64,000 bases of DNA, taken from the NCBI GenBank assembly GCA_040219255.1, contig JAVJSW010000077.1, forward strand, positions 32,001 to 96,000, read 5' to 3'. The translations under genes and the position numbers were made by a program. The DNA is from Sumerlaeia bacterium. Lineage in GTDB: Bacteria > Sumerlaeota > Sumerlaeia > SLMS01 > JAHLLQ01. Positions 20,301 through 28,241 of this stretch are shown here, piece by piece. Below the pieces are notes generated by a model. That model made no database searches. It worked only from the letters and a program-made list of their open reading frames with translations, and had not been told where the DNA came from. Numbering within the stretch: position 1 is the stretch's first letter; the number at the start of each line of letters is the position of its first letter.

Positions 20301-21490
20301 TCGTTTTCCGTGAAGTAGCCGGCGAAGTCCGGATGGCCCGGTCCGTTCTCGCCCAGCGCGTTCATTTCGCCGATGATATAATTGCGCAGGAAATTCTGAA
20401 GGTTCGGGTTGAAGGGATCGGGGTGCGGTTTGTTGTCGCTGCGCGTGTTGCCCTGGTAATCCTTGAGGAGAAAATCCTCGTCGAAATCCTCCGGATCGAG
20501 CGGCAGATACTCCAGAAACGTTTCGCCCTTGGGATGCAAATCCAGATTCACCCGGGTCGGGTCCGTGATGGCGTCCGCGTTGAAGCCCAGGCTGCCCATC
20601 AATTGCCAGATATGCAGATCCCATTCGTTGTTGGTGATCTCGTTTCCCAGGAAGCGCGTCGGCAGGTTATTGTAGAGCACCGGGTTGATGCGCTGGCGGA
20701 TCTTGGTGAACTGGGCGCTGCGGATCCACATGGGGCGCCCTGTCGGCGTGGTCATCCACCAGGCGCCATCCTCGCCGCGCCGCACGCTGAAGTGCCCCGT
20801 GGCGGGGAACCGCGGCGGCGCTCCACGGCGAGCGGTCAGCGGATCGGGCGTGAAGGTCTTGAAAGGCAGGTTCTCATTGTATTCGCTGTTGGAAATCTGC
20901 ACCAGCGACACATCGTCGAATCGGACCGATCCCAGCGTACTGACGGCGCCGAGTTTGATGCGCAGGTTGTCCGTGTCGCATTCGCAAAACCCCCGGTCCT
21001 CGCGGCGGATCAGGCGAATGTTGGCGGTGAACTCGCGCCAGTCGCTCGACGGCGGCAGGTCGAAGATGATGGTTTCGATAAAACTCGAACCGTCGAACAT
21101 ATCGATTTCGATGGCCGCCTGATGGCCGGTCACGTTCTCGGTGCGGTACCAGACGGAAAAGCGATAGTACTTATCGTGCTCGACGGGAACGGCGTATCCG
21201 CTATCGAGACGATATCGGGCGTAGTTGTTCGTCCCGTACTCGATCGGCAGGAATTGACCATAGGAATGGCCGAGACGGATACCGCGGGACCCGTAGCGCC
21301 CGAGCCCCTCGCCATATTCCTGAATCAGAGCGGCCGGCTCCACTTTGTAGTCATCCACCCACTGCGACCAACCGTCTGGGCGGTTGGGCTTCGCGGCGGG
21401 CGTCTCGAAATCGCCGTTCGGCACAAGGTTTGCAAAAGCGAGAGAAGTCAGAGCCAGAGTCGTGGAGAGCAGAGTAAGCAGAAGCCGCAT
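17369..21490 (-). CDS. Secreted multidomain glycoside hydrolase: CBM4_9-like + GH50-like catalytic domain + 3 Kre9/KNH-like Ig domains + 2 tandem C-terminal domains
   Basis: Signal peptide; NLVPNGDFE; GHFSV...WW.TP.G; AGYFTENE; HISEFG; IIGAQWF; NSGVID..G.PY; V..PNGGE/I.W repeats. Confidence 0.8.
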   Translation of the reverse strand: MRLLLTLLSTTLALTSLAFANLVPNGDFETPAAKPNRPDGWSQWVDDYKVEPAALIQEYGEGLGRYGSRGIRLGHSYGQFLPIEYGTNNYARYRLDSGYAVPVEHDKYYRFSVWYRTENVTGHQAAIEIDMFDGSSFIETIIFDLPPSSDWREFTANIRLIRREDRGFCECDTDNLRIKLGAVSTLGSVRFDDVSLVQISNSEYNENLPFKTFTPDPLTARRGAPPRFPATGHFSVRRGEDGAWWMTTPTGRPMWIRSAQFTKIRQRINPVLYNNLPTRFLGNEITNNEWDLHIWQLMGSLGFNADAITDPTRVNLDLHPKGETFLEYLPLDPEDFDEDFLLKDYQGNTRSDNKPHPDPFNPNLQNFLRNYIIGEMNALGENGPGHPDFAGYFTENEIAVEYLDLYMWGDYSKHEFVSFMRTRYNNDLQAMVNTWNSSVTVNGKSVSYRNLYLTSFDDLLSPSVQRHVVRKHLDDPIRPDIEAFLKHMLKTHFRFWCETLRAYEIAATGDSDGDGLADLHYPIFTNRFELSDYPNRDMTEMLMVMDVLGELTQERPGYFYNVIAVNNYPGDEHFEGIRTQENFAFLEQLAQRAGIPVHISEFGVHARQSGIATGNNRTDDVGWFHRSVDTDADRGTVYEKMVRQWASSPYIIGAQWFRAANILQTNSAPPSFQGIDSSYYLGRNSGVIDQYGNPYPDFTAKVKATNEAIANAFELPAETTLQVTYPNGGERLVPGTQQVVRWVSEGDVGATVRIELLKGGTSIQTLRSNATNLGWYRWSVPASLEEANDYAIRITELQNNLTDTSDGTFRVAPADSFEVLLPAAGDDYEQRRTMPIVWEVVGSPTDLMQIDLYKSGGFNRTLAAGVPNSGSFGWEVDKKQALRDDYSIAIKNLTTQAETESARFDVVAESSPEGIVVNEPRGGETAFVGGGLTVIWESSLTAAAPMKLDLLRNGAFQRTIADNVPNTGYFRWPFIPSVSTGDGYRVRVTDSGGSGFSAESGSVRIDASTEDPCIPVSVDVLGGGDSGLDPLRNLSLSHWERLLLTGAFGEPNLEDRAEGLSLALESDNTNPGSFGAWVSNPFGPLAAGNYRLTIHLEPAGADVPVGESWPEIRVRVSASDGLKSAMASYTTTIDHITRPFPDRLTVPFSSAGNERFNLSVDLMDFSPSAKRGGFLIREVDLEMLAYADDCLAPRVDLIALQQSGLEPLTTLSASRWEPLAFPGAFGAPALMDEPSGLALFLESDNTTPGSFGAWVSQPFGPLERGLYQLTVDLETAGDTVPSGEIWPELRVRVSSSDGLRSAMAGYTTTPDHATRPFPSQLTVPFESTGNERFNLSIDLMDFGPAKRGGFMLRDARLELMRGTEALTKRAAHE
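17411..18460 (-). repeat. Tandem duplication of a ~173-aa domain (17411-17929 and 17939-18460)
   Basis: Shared LESDNT.PGSFGAWVS.PFGPL, WPE.RVRVS.SDGL.SAMA.YTTT.DH.TRPFP, GNERFNLS.DLMDF. Confidence 0.9.
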
Positions 21491-21637
21491 GATTTTAACT
21501 ACAAGACAAAAATAAATGGCCTGCCAACATCAAGGCCGAGCCAAATTGCCTTAACCATCGCACTCGGGGGACTCTTCTGCAAGGAGAATTGAATACAGGA
21601 CCGATACGAATATTCCGAATCGTACGAAATTATTCGT

Positions 21638-22807
21638 TTACATACTCTGGCTCACACCGACAACGGCTATCCCAACGTAGGTCGCGATTTCAAAAAGCAC
21701 CCAGAAACGCACAAAGCCTTTTCCGGCTCCCGAGTATTGAAACGCATAGATCAACCGCGCAAGACCGCAGCAGAAAATCAGGACGGCCCACCCATACTTT
21801 TCTTCCCCGCAGGCCGCGACGATCAGCCAGATCGTCACCGCCCAGTATCCAAGGAGAAAAAGCCCGTTGATGATTTTGCCCAGCGGGGTCTCGAAAAACT
21901 GAATGATCGGCGGATCTTCGCCGAACGCGAACATGTCTTCGTCCTCATAATAGTCGTCCTCTCCGAACTCTCCGCCTCCCATATCGTCAAAGCCATCCCC
22001 CCCCGCCTCCGGGTCCGGCTCGAAACCCTCGGCAAAGGCGTCCTCGCCCAGAGACCCGCTCGCGAAGCCGTTGCTCTCGGGGTCCGGTTCGGCGAAGCCT
22101 CCGCCGCCAAAAGGATCGCTCCCCGCCCCGCCCGCCGGGGCTCCTCCAAAGGGATCGCCCCCACCAGCGGGCGCACCGCCGAAGGGATCGCCGCCACCGG
22201 CCGGCCCGGCTCCTCCGCCAAAAGGCGCGCCGCCTCCGCCGCCGAACGGATCGCCTCCGCCCATGGGGGCTCCGCCAAAGGGATCGGCCCCGCCCCCCAG
22301 AGGCGAGCCGCCGAAGGGATCGGAGCCACCCCCGCCGCCCAGCGGGGCGACGCCCGAGGAGGCCGCCTTGGGCGGTTCCGGCGGGCCGAATCCGAACACC
22401 GCGCTGACCGGCACCGGGAAACTGCCGCTGCCCCCCTTGGGACGAACGGTGAACGTTTCGCCCTCCAGGCCTAAAATCGTGACTTCCCGGTGAACGACTC
22501 GGCGCCGATTCTGGCTGATTTCCATGTCATAGCGTTCGCCCTGGCCCGAAGGCCCAAAGGTCAGCGATACAATACGCGCCGCCTCCACCGGGTAAGCCTT
22601 CTGACCGGCGGCCAGGGAAATCTGAAGGATCAGGTCCCCCGCGTCCCCATCCTCCGGCACCTCTCGCGCCGCACTCTCGACGGTCACGCCGGAGAAATCG
22701 CGCACCTGCCCGTTCATCATGTCGAGTTTCAAATTCGCCGCGGCTCCGGCGGTGCCGGCCGCCAGGAAGATGAACATTCCGATCGCCCAAATGAATCGCA
22801 AACCCAT
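21638..22807 (-). CDS. Exported/membrane protein with GGGDPFGG low-complexity linker and C-terminal TM bundle
   Basis: Signal-like N-terminus from ATG 22807, about 7 (D/A)PFGG repeats, acidic stretch, 3 C-terminal hydrophobic helices. Confidence 0.75.
   Translation of the reverse strand: MGLRFIWAIGMFIFLAAGTAGAAANLKLDMMNGQVRDFSGVTVESAAREVPEDGDAGDLILQISLAAGQKAYPVEAARIVSLTFGPSGQGERYDMEISQNRRRVVHREVTILGLEGETFTVRPKGGSGSFPVPVSAVFGFGPPEPPKAASSGVAPLGGGGGSDPFGGSPLGGGADPFGGAPMGGGDPFGGGGGAPFGGGAGPAGGGDPFGGAPAGGGDPFGGAPAGGAGSDPFGGGGFAEPDPESNGFASGSLGEDAFAEGFEPDPEAGGDGFDDMGGGEFGEDDYYEDEDMFAFGEDPPIIQFFETPLGKIINGLFLLGYWAVTIWLIVAACGEEKYGWAVLIFCCGLARLIYAFQYSGAGKGFVRFWVLFEIATYVGIAVVGVSQSM
22090..22340 (-). repeat. 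Coding tandem repeats (GGGDPFGGAP)
   Basis: Repeated ccgccgaagggatcg-like units at roughly 24-39 bp spacing. Confidence 0.85.
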
Positions 22808-22962
22808 GGATGGCCCTTTGAAGAAGAGAAGCGCGCCCGCCGCGGTGAGTGGAGCACCCGGTCTCGAAAGACCGCCCCCGGCGAACGCGAGTCCCGGTGA
22901 TATCAACTGCAAGCGGCGAAATCATTGCGGCCCCGGTGGAGTCGGTAAAGCGAAAATTCGCC

Positions 22963-23487
22963 TCAATCCGCACAACGCAGCTTGCGCTTCAGTTCCTCAC
23001 GCTTCTCTGGCGTCAAGTCCGCTTCGGAATCAATCATGTCCGCGACCTTTTGCGCGTTCGGCCCCACCGACCGATAGCCGCACCCGGGCAGGAAGGGCGG
23101 TTCCGGCTCCCACAGCAGAGCCCTCGGATAATCGCGGCACATGCCGGGGCGGCTGCCGTAAGAATCGCAGCGGCGCGTTTCCTCGTCAAAGTGCGTGCAG
23201 CGAAACACAAAGGCCCGATGCTCGGGTGCCTGGCGGATCAACTCGAAGCCGTTCACGCGCCGGTGCCAGCCCAACCACAGCCGCTTGACTAACCCATTGC
23301 GAAGGACCAGAGCATTTGTCTGAATCGTGGGCGACTCGCAGCATTTCGCGCAAAGCCGGCAATCGCCCCTGAGCCGGTGGGGCCTTTCGCCCCTCGCCCG
23401 CCGGATGACCCGCGTCAGCCTCGAATCGGCGAAGAAAACGGCGCGGGCGATCGCTTTCAGGAAACGGCGGGGCAAGTTGTCTCGCAT
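22963..23487 (-). CDS. YkgJ-family CxxCxxCC cysteine cluster protein
   Basis: CRLCAKCC, FRCTHFD..TRRC.SY.SRP.MCRDYP. Confidence 0.85.
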   Translation of the reverse strand: MRDNLPRRFLKAIARAVFFADSRLTRVIRRARGERPHRLRGDCRLCAKCCESPTIQTNALVLRNGLVKRLWLGWHRRVNGFELIRQAPEHRAFVFRCTHFDEETRRCDSYGSRPGMCRDYPRALLWEPEPPFLPGCGYRSVGPNAQKVADMIDSEADLTPEKREELKRKLRCAD

Positions 23488-23664
23488 GCGGAAAGCCACC
23501 GGGGCGTGGGCTGAAGCATCGAAGCCTTGACGAAGGGGCTCACCTTCTCTCTCGACGCGCGCCCCCCCTTTGCCATAATGCCAATTCGCGTTCAACGGGC
23601 ACTTTGTCCCAGGCGCGGGATATTCCGCGGCGCCCCCCCGCAGCCGCCCCCCTCACCGGATATC

Positions 23665-24741
23665 ATGCGCATCCTCTACGTCAGCGAACAAGACCTCTGC
23701 CGGGGACCGATGGCCCGGGTCCTCTCGATGAAAATCGCCAAGGAACTCCAGGCCTTCGGCACCACCTTCGACAGCGCGGGCGTTCGCGCCGTGACGAATG
23801 AACCGCCCCCGGAAGACCTGACGATATTCATGCGGACGCAGCGGCTGAACATCGCCTCCCACGCCAGCCGGCCCCTGACCTCGACCCTCGCCCGCCAGAG
23901 CGATGTACTGCTCTGCATGACCCACGCCCTGGCCCGCGAAGCGCGCGACATGCTCTCGCCCAACGAGCAGGGCAAAGTTCTCGTCTTCCGCAAAGCCGTC
24001 GGATTGGGCAAAGGCGTTCCCGCGCAGGAAGATATCGGCGGCCTGGAAGTCTTCGACCACAAAGACATGATGCGCCTCTTCGTCGAACTCAAAGCCATCA
24101 CCGGCCGCCTCGTGCGGGAAATCGTAACCCTCGACGCCACACCCGAGGACCTCGGCGTCAAAGGCGTCACCAAGCGCGTCTCCAGCCTTCTCGATCAGCC
24201 GGAAATGCGCCGCTTCCTCGCCCAGGCCATCCGCGACCACCTGGAACGCACCTTCGAACCGGCCACCACCCAGCAGCTCTGCGAGTGGCTCCAGACCCTG
24301 GGCCGGCCCCTGGTCCCCGCCGACGTGGAAGAGTTGATCGCGGAAGACTTGTCTCCCCTGATCCAGCGCGACGACTCGGGGCGCTGGGACATCGACGAAC
24401 GGGTGAAGGCGGACGAGGAGCGCCGCGCCCGCGACCAACGCGCCCGCCGCGTAAAGGAACGGGAGGAAGCCCGCGAGCGCGCCAACGCCAAGGCCAATGG
24501 CGCTCGCGAAGCCCCGCCCCCGCCCGACGACGGCGCCAAGCTCACCCGCGAGGAAGCCTACGCCCTCCTGATGATCACGCCCAACACGGCAAAGCACGAG
24601 GCCTCCAAGACCTATAAGAAGCTCCTGATGCGTTATCATCCCGACAAGTTCCACGATGACGAGGGCTTTCGCCAGATGGCGGAGGCGAAGGCGAAACGCA
24701 TCAACGAGGCCTGGGCATTGGTGAAAGATTCCCTCGAGTGA
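23665..24741 (+). CDS. Degenerate LMW-PTP/ArsC-like domain fused to C-terminal DnaJ domain
   Basis: MRILYVSEQDLCRGPMA...DSAG...SHASRPLT...DVLLCMT; C-term AY.LL...YKKLL.RYHPDK...KRINEAW. Confidence 0.82.
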   Translation: MRILYVSEQDLCRGPMARVLSMKIAKELQAFGTTFDSAGVRAVTNEPPPEDLTIFMRTQRLNIASHASRPLTSTLARQSDVLLCMTHALAREARDMLSPNEQGKVLVFRKAVGLGKGVPAQEDIGGLEVFDHKDMMRLFVELKAITGRLVREIVTLDATPEDLGVKGVTKRVSSLLDQPEMRRFLAQAIRDHLERTFEPATTQQLCEWLQTLGRPLVPADVEELIAEDLSPLIQRDDSGRWDIDERVKADEERRARDQRARRVKEREEARERANAKANGAREAPPPPDDGAKLTREEAYALLMITPNTAKHEASKTYKKLLMRYHPDKFHDDEGFRQMAEAKAKRINEAWALVKDSLE

Positions 24742-26366
24742 AGTTGACGGTGCCCTCGCTGGCACGCAATCATCACCCATCAGACGAGAGAAAGCGAACC
24801 CCCTCCGCGATGGCCCCTCGACGCCCGGCCCACCAAAGCACGGACTTCTTCGAAACCCCAGGTGCCCCCGGGCCGCCGCGGGGCTTTGAATGGAACGCCC
24901 TCGTCCGGCGGTTTCGCACGATCGGGCCCGCGGGACGTCGCCTTGGGCCTTCCTGGCTGCGCCTGATCCTGGGCGCCGCCCTCGCGCTGTCTTTCGCTGG
25001 AGCCATCTGGGTAGTCGCAACGTCCGCCACCCGCGAGCAAAACCGCGTGGAAGCCCAGGCCTCGGCCTGGCGCGATCAACTCGCCGGCCGGGCGATCCCC
25101 GCCTCGGCCCAGGCCTGGCTCACCGCCAACCCAGGCTCGAACGCCATGGACGCGATCCTGGACGAGGTCGAGGTCATCGAACGCTCCTTTTCGTCGAAAG
25201 GCGCCGGCGGAATCCGCAAGATCGAACTCGACTATCGCGAGTCCCTCAACAAAGACACCGCCTCCCTCATGCACATCGTCCGCGAGCAATTCGTCGCCGA
25301 GCAGGACCTCCTCCTTTTCGATCTGGCCCAGCCTGAATTCCTCGAGGTTCTCCGCGCGCACCGCGACGCCAACGCGAAGGTGCTCGACCGCATCGCGCAC
25401 TTCGGCGAGCGACACGAGGACGCCTGGAGCACCTGGGACATCGGCACCCGCAATCGCGAGCCCCGCGATTTCCAGGGCCGCCTCGACGTCCTCCTGCCTA
25501 TCCAAATGTACCTGGCGGTGGAGGAAGGCCGCCCCCAGGAAGCCCACGAAGCCCTCCTCGACTGGTGGGTCCTGCTCAAGGCCTTCCAGCGTCATCGCTC
25601 GCTCGAGAATGGCCGCACAGGCCTCTGGGGAGAATGGCACCTGTACGGCGAATTGCTCTGCCTGATGAAAGCCGCCCCGCCCTCCCGCCGGCAAACCGAA
25701 CGGTACCTCGCCCTTGTGCAGCCCGAGCGCACCCTGGAGGAATTCGCCCGCCTCGTGCGCGAAGATCGGCTCAACGCCGCCGCGATCCTTTGGAAAGAGC
25801 CCTGCCCCGTCGACCTGTCCCTCCGCCCGCGGCTTCAGGCCCACCTGGCGCAATGGGAGGCCCGCGGGCGGGAACGCGCTCTGGCGGAACTGCGCGGTGG
25901 CGCCGAGGGACTCGCCTACCTTTTGACTTACGAAAAGGCTCTCTGGGAAACACACGGGGCTGAAGACTGGGACAGTTTGACGCAAGAGTGGGAGAAGACC
26001 GCCTCCCCCTCCCGCACGGCGCCCGCCCAGTTGATTAGCCTCGCCACCCAATCCAGCGTCGATCCCATGCGCGAGGCCATCCACACACGGCGCATGGCCA
26101 ACAGCGGCTCGCTGGTGCGGGCCGCCCTGCTGCTGCGGCTCGCCGAATTGGACTCGCCGCCCGGCAGCCCCCCGCCCGCCAGCCTGAACGATTTGGCCCG
26201 CCGCCACGGCTTCCCGCCGCTCGTGGACTACTTGACCGCCGAGCCCCGCCAACCCCTGGAATACACCGCCGGGCGCCAGTCCTGGATGGTGCGCCACGCC
26301 CTCGATCCACTCGACGAGGAGGAGCCTCTGCTGGAAAACTCGGCGAGTTGGAATCCGGGGGCCTGA
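24738..26366 (+). CDS. Hypothetical single-TM helical protein (start uncertain)
   Basis: One N-proximal TM, GC3-biased frame; C-term P.SL.DL...P.VD....PLEY resembles pseudopilin-like tails. Confidence 0.65.
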   Translation: MKLTVPSLARNHHPSDERKRTPSAMAPRRPAHQSTDFFETPGAPGPPRGFEWNALVRRFRTIGPAGRRLGPSWLRLILGAALALSFAGAIWVVATSATREQNRVEAQASAWRDQLAGRAIPASAQAWLTANPGSNAMDAILDEVEVIERSFSSKGAGGIRKIELDYRESLNKDTASLMHIVREQFVAEQDLLLFDLAQPEFLEVLRAHRDANAKVLDRIAHFGERHEDAWSTWDIGTRNREPRDFQGRLDVLLPIQMYLAVEEGRPQEAHEALLDWWVLLKAFQRHRSLENGRTGLWGEWHLYGELLCLMKAAPPSRRQTERYLALVQPERTLEEFARLVREDRLNAAAILWKEPCPVDLSLRPRLQAHLAQWEARGRERALAELRGGAEGLAYLLTYEKALWETHGAEDWDSLTQEWEKTASPSRTAPAQLISLATQSSVDPMREAIHTRRMANSGSLVRAALLLRLAELDSPPGSPPPASLNDLARRHGFPPLVDYLTAEPRQPLEYTAGRQSWMVRHALDPLDEEEPLLENSASWNPGA

Positions 26367-26441
26367 GGGGCGCGATTGGCAAAAAAATTGTTCAAGGGGG
26401 TTGGGAAAGAAACGCTTGATCCAGACGCGCGGAGTATTCAA

Positions 26442-26462
26442 GAAAGATAACCATTATCATTT
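26442..26462. promoter_or_regulatory. Fur-family operator (Fur box-like)
   Basis: AGATAAC-C-ATTATCA (26445-26459) matches TGATAAT-N-ATTATCA at 12/14, ending 18 bp before the ATG at 26478, in an otherwise GC-rich context. Confidence 0.7.
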
Positions 26463-26477
26463 TCGGGAGATTCGCCC

Positions 26478-27431
26478 ATGGCAGGGTCCTCATCGGTCAT
26501 TGAAGTTGAAAATTTGGTGGTCGAATATGGGAAAGGCAATGCGTCCCACCGCGCCGTGAACGGCATTACCTTCGACGTGAAGGAAGGCGAATGCGTCGGA
26601 TTCATAGGTGCGAACGGCGCCGGCAAGTCCACCACCATGAAGTCCATTATGGGCTTCCTCTTTCCCACCTCGGGCAGCGTCCGTGTGTTCGGCGAGAAGG
26701 CGGGCACGGCCAAGAGCCGCGAACGCATCGGCTACTTGCCGGAAGTCGCCCTCTACTACCCGTTCATGAAAGCCCGCGAGCTGCTGATGCTCTACGGCGG
26801 CCTGAGCGGCATGAGCCGCGCCGACCTGAAAGCCCGCATTCCGGGCCTTCTCGAGAAGGTCGGCCTCGGCGGCAAAGACAACGTGCTGCTCAAGAATTTC
26901 TCGAAGGGCATGCAGCAGCGCCTCGGCATCGCCCAGTCTCTCATTTCCGAGCCCGACGCTCTGATTTTCGACGAACTGTCCAGCGGCCTGGACCCCCTTG
27001 GACGTCACGATCTGCGTCAGGTGCTGCTGGAACTGAAGCAGGCGGGCCGGACGATCTTCTTCAGCAGCCACGAACTCTCGGAAGTCGAGTCGCTCTGCGA
27101 CCGTGTCGTGATGATCCACAAGGGCCGAATCGTCACCGAAGCTCCCGTCAGCGAGTTGATGAAACCGCTCAACGAATTCGAGGTGGTGTACTCCGCCGCC
27201 GAAGGCGACGTCTCCCCCGCCGAATCGCTCGATGGCGTCACCGTGCTGCGGGACGGGGAAGTCCACCGCGCCATCGTGCGCGATCCGTCGGTTTACGCCA
27301 AAGTGCTGGAATCGCTGTCCACCGGCGGAGTCGGCATCCGCAGCACATCCTCGCGCACGCGGTCGCTGGAAGAGTATTTCATCGAACTCGTGTCGGAAGA
27401 AAACGCCGCCGCGGGAGGTGTGCAACGATGA
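26478..27431 (+). CDS. ABC-2 type ATP-binding protein (PilH-like)
   Basis: GANGAGKST, FSKGMQQR, IFDELSSGLDP, SSH. Confidence 0.95.
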   Translation: MAGSSSVIEVENLVVEYGKGNASHRAVNGITFDVKEGECVGFIGANGAGKSTTMKSIMGFLFPTSGSVRVFGEKAGTAKSRERIGYLPEVALYYPFMKARELLMLYGGLSGMSRADLKARIPGLLEKVGLGGKDNVLLKNFSKGMQQRLGIAQSLISEPDALIFDELSSGLDPLGRHDLRQVLLELKQAGRTIFFSSHELSEVESLCDRVVMIHKGRIVTEAPVSELMKPLNEFEVVYSAAEGDVSPAESLDGVTVLRDGEVHRAIVRDPSVYAKVLESLSTGGVGIRSTSSRTRSLEEYFIELVSEENAAAGGVQR

Positions 27432-28240
27432 TACGCCCGATTTGGCTGATCGCGTCGGGCGTCCTCATCGAGGCCATCCGGCGCAAAGAAATTTATGTCC
27501 TGGTGCTGACGGCGACGCTGCTGATCGGCGCGGTGCTCACCGTCGATTTCTTCGACATCGAGGGCCTCAGCAAATTCTACCGGGAAATCGCCCTCAAGGT
27601 CATGTCCTACACCACGGCCCTCGCCGTGATCGTGCTGGCGGCGCGGCAACTGCCCCGGGAATTCGAGAAGCGCACCATCTATCCGCTTCTCGCCCGCCCC
27701 ATCAGCCGCTTCCAGTTCCTCCTCGGCAAGCTCTTCGGCGTCATGCTCTCCGCCATGTTCTGCTTTGCCCTCTTCATGGCGATTTACCTGCTCGGCTCGT
27801 GGTATCTCTCCCACGGCACGACGCAGGCCTACATCGGCGAGGAAACCACCGCCCTAAAAATGGCGATGCTGTTCCTCCAGTACGTTTACCTGCAAATCCT
27901 GATGCTGCTGATTCTGGCGACGATGAGTTTCTGGCTCTCGATGTTCCTGAACTTCGACGCCGCCGTGGCCATCGGCGCCATCCTCTTCATTTTCGCCTCC
28001 CTTTTCATGAGCGCCCTGTCCTACCTGTACGACTACACTTCGGCCATCGGCCAGTGGCTCCTGGTGGGCCTGACTTTTGGAATTCCCCAATTGTCTCTGT
28101 TCGACTTATCCGACAAGGCGGTCCACGCCTGGGATCCGCTGCCCTGGCAACCGGTCGCGGGCCTGACGGTTTACGCCCTGGTTTTCTCCGCCATTTTCTT
28201 CGGACTGGCGATGCTCCTGTTCCGCCGGAGGGCCATCTGA
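27428..28240 (+). CDS. ABC-2 type permease (PilI-like)
   Basis: ATG 27428 coupled; EAIRRK, REFEKRTIYPLLARPISR.QFLLGK. Confidence 0.9.
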   Translation: MIRPIWLIASGVLIEAIRRKEIYVLVLTATLLIGAVLTVDFFDIEGLSKFYREIALKVMSYTTALAVIVLAARQLPREFEKRTIYPLLARPISRFQFLLGKLFGVMLSAMFCFALFMAIYLLGSWYLSHGTTQAYIGEETTALKMAMLFLQYVYLQILMLLILATMSFWLSMFLNFDAAVAIGAILFIFASLFMSALSYLYDYTSAIGQWLLVGLTFGIPQLSLFDLSDKAVHAWDPLPWQPVAGLTVYALVFSAIFFGLAMLLFRRRAI

Positions 28241-28241
28241 C

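Noticed and set aside
17369-21490. Calling the enzyme a beta-agarase
   Set aside because: Only fold-level motifs are visible and the context is biosynthetic; substrate cannot be assigned
18944-21592. 882-aa plus-strand ORF
   Set aside because: Antisense shadow of the GH50-like gene, typical of high-GC DNA; no motifs
21495-21637. AT-rich intergenic with ACGAAT/ATTCGT repeats as an ncRNA
   Set aside because: Short weak symmetry only; adequately explained as promoter/terminator region
22090-22340. Possible CRISPR array
   Set aside because: Repeats are in-frame Gly-rich coding units with no unique spacers; no cas genes in the window
26591-27427. N-terminal extension of the 549-aa ORF
   Set aside because: Alternative frame of the ABC ATPase; the permease starts at 27428
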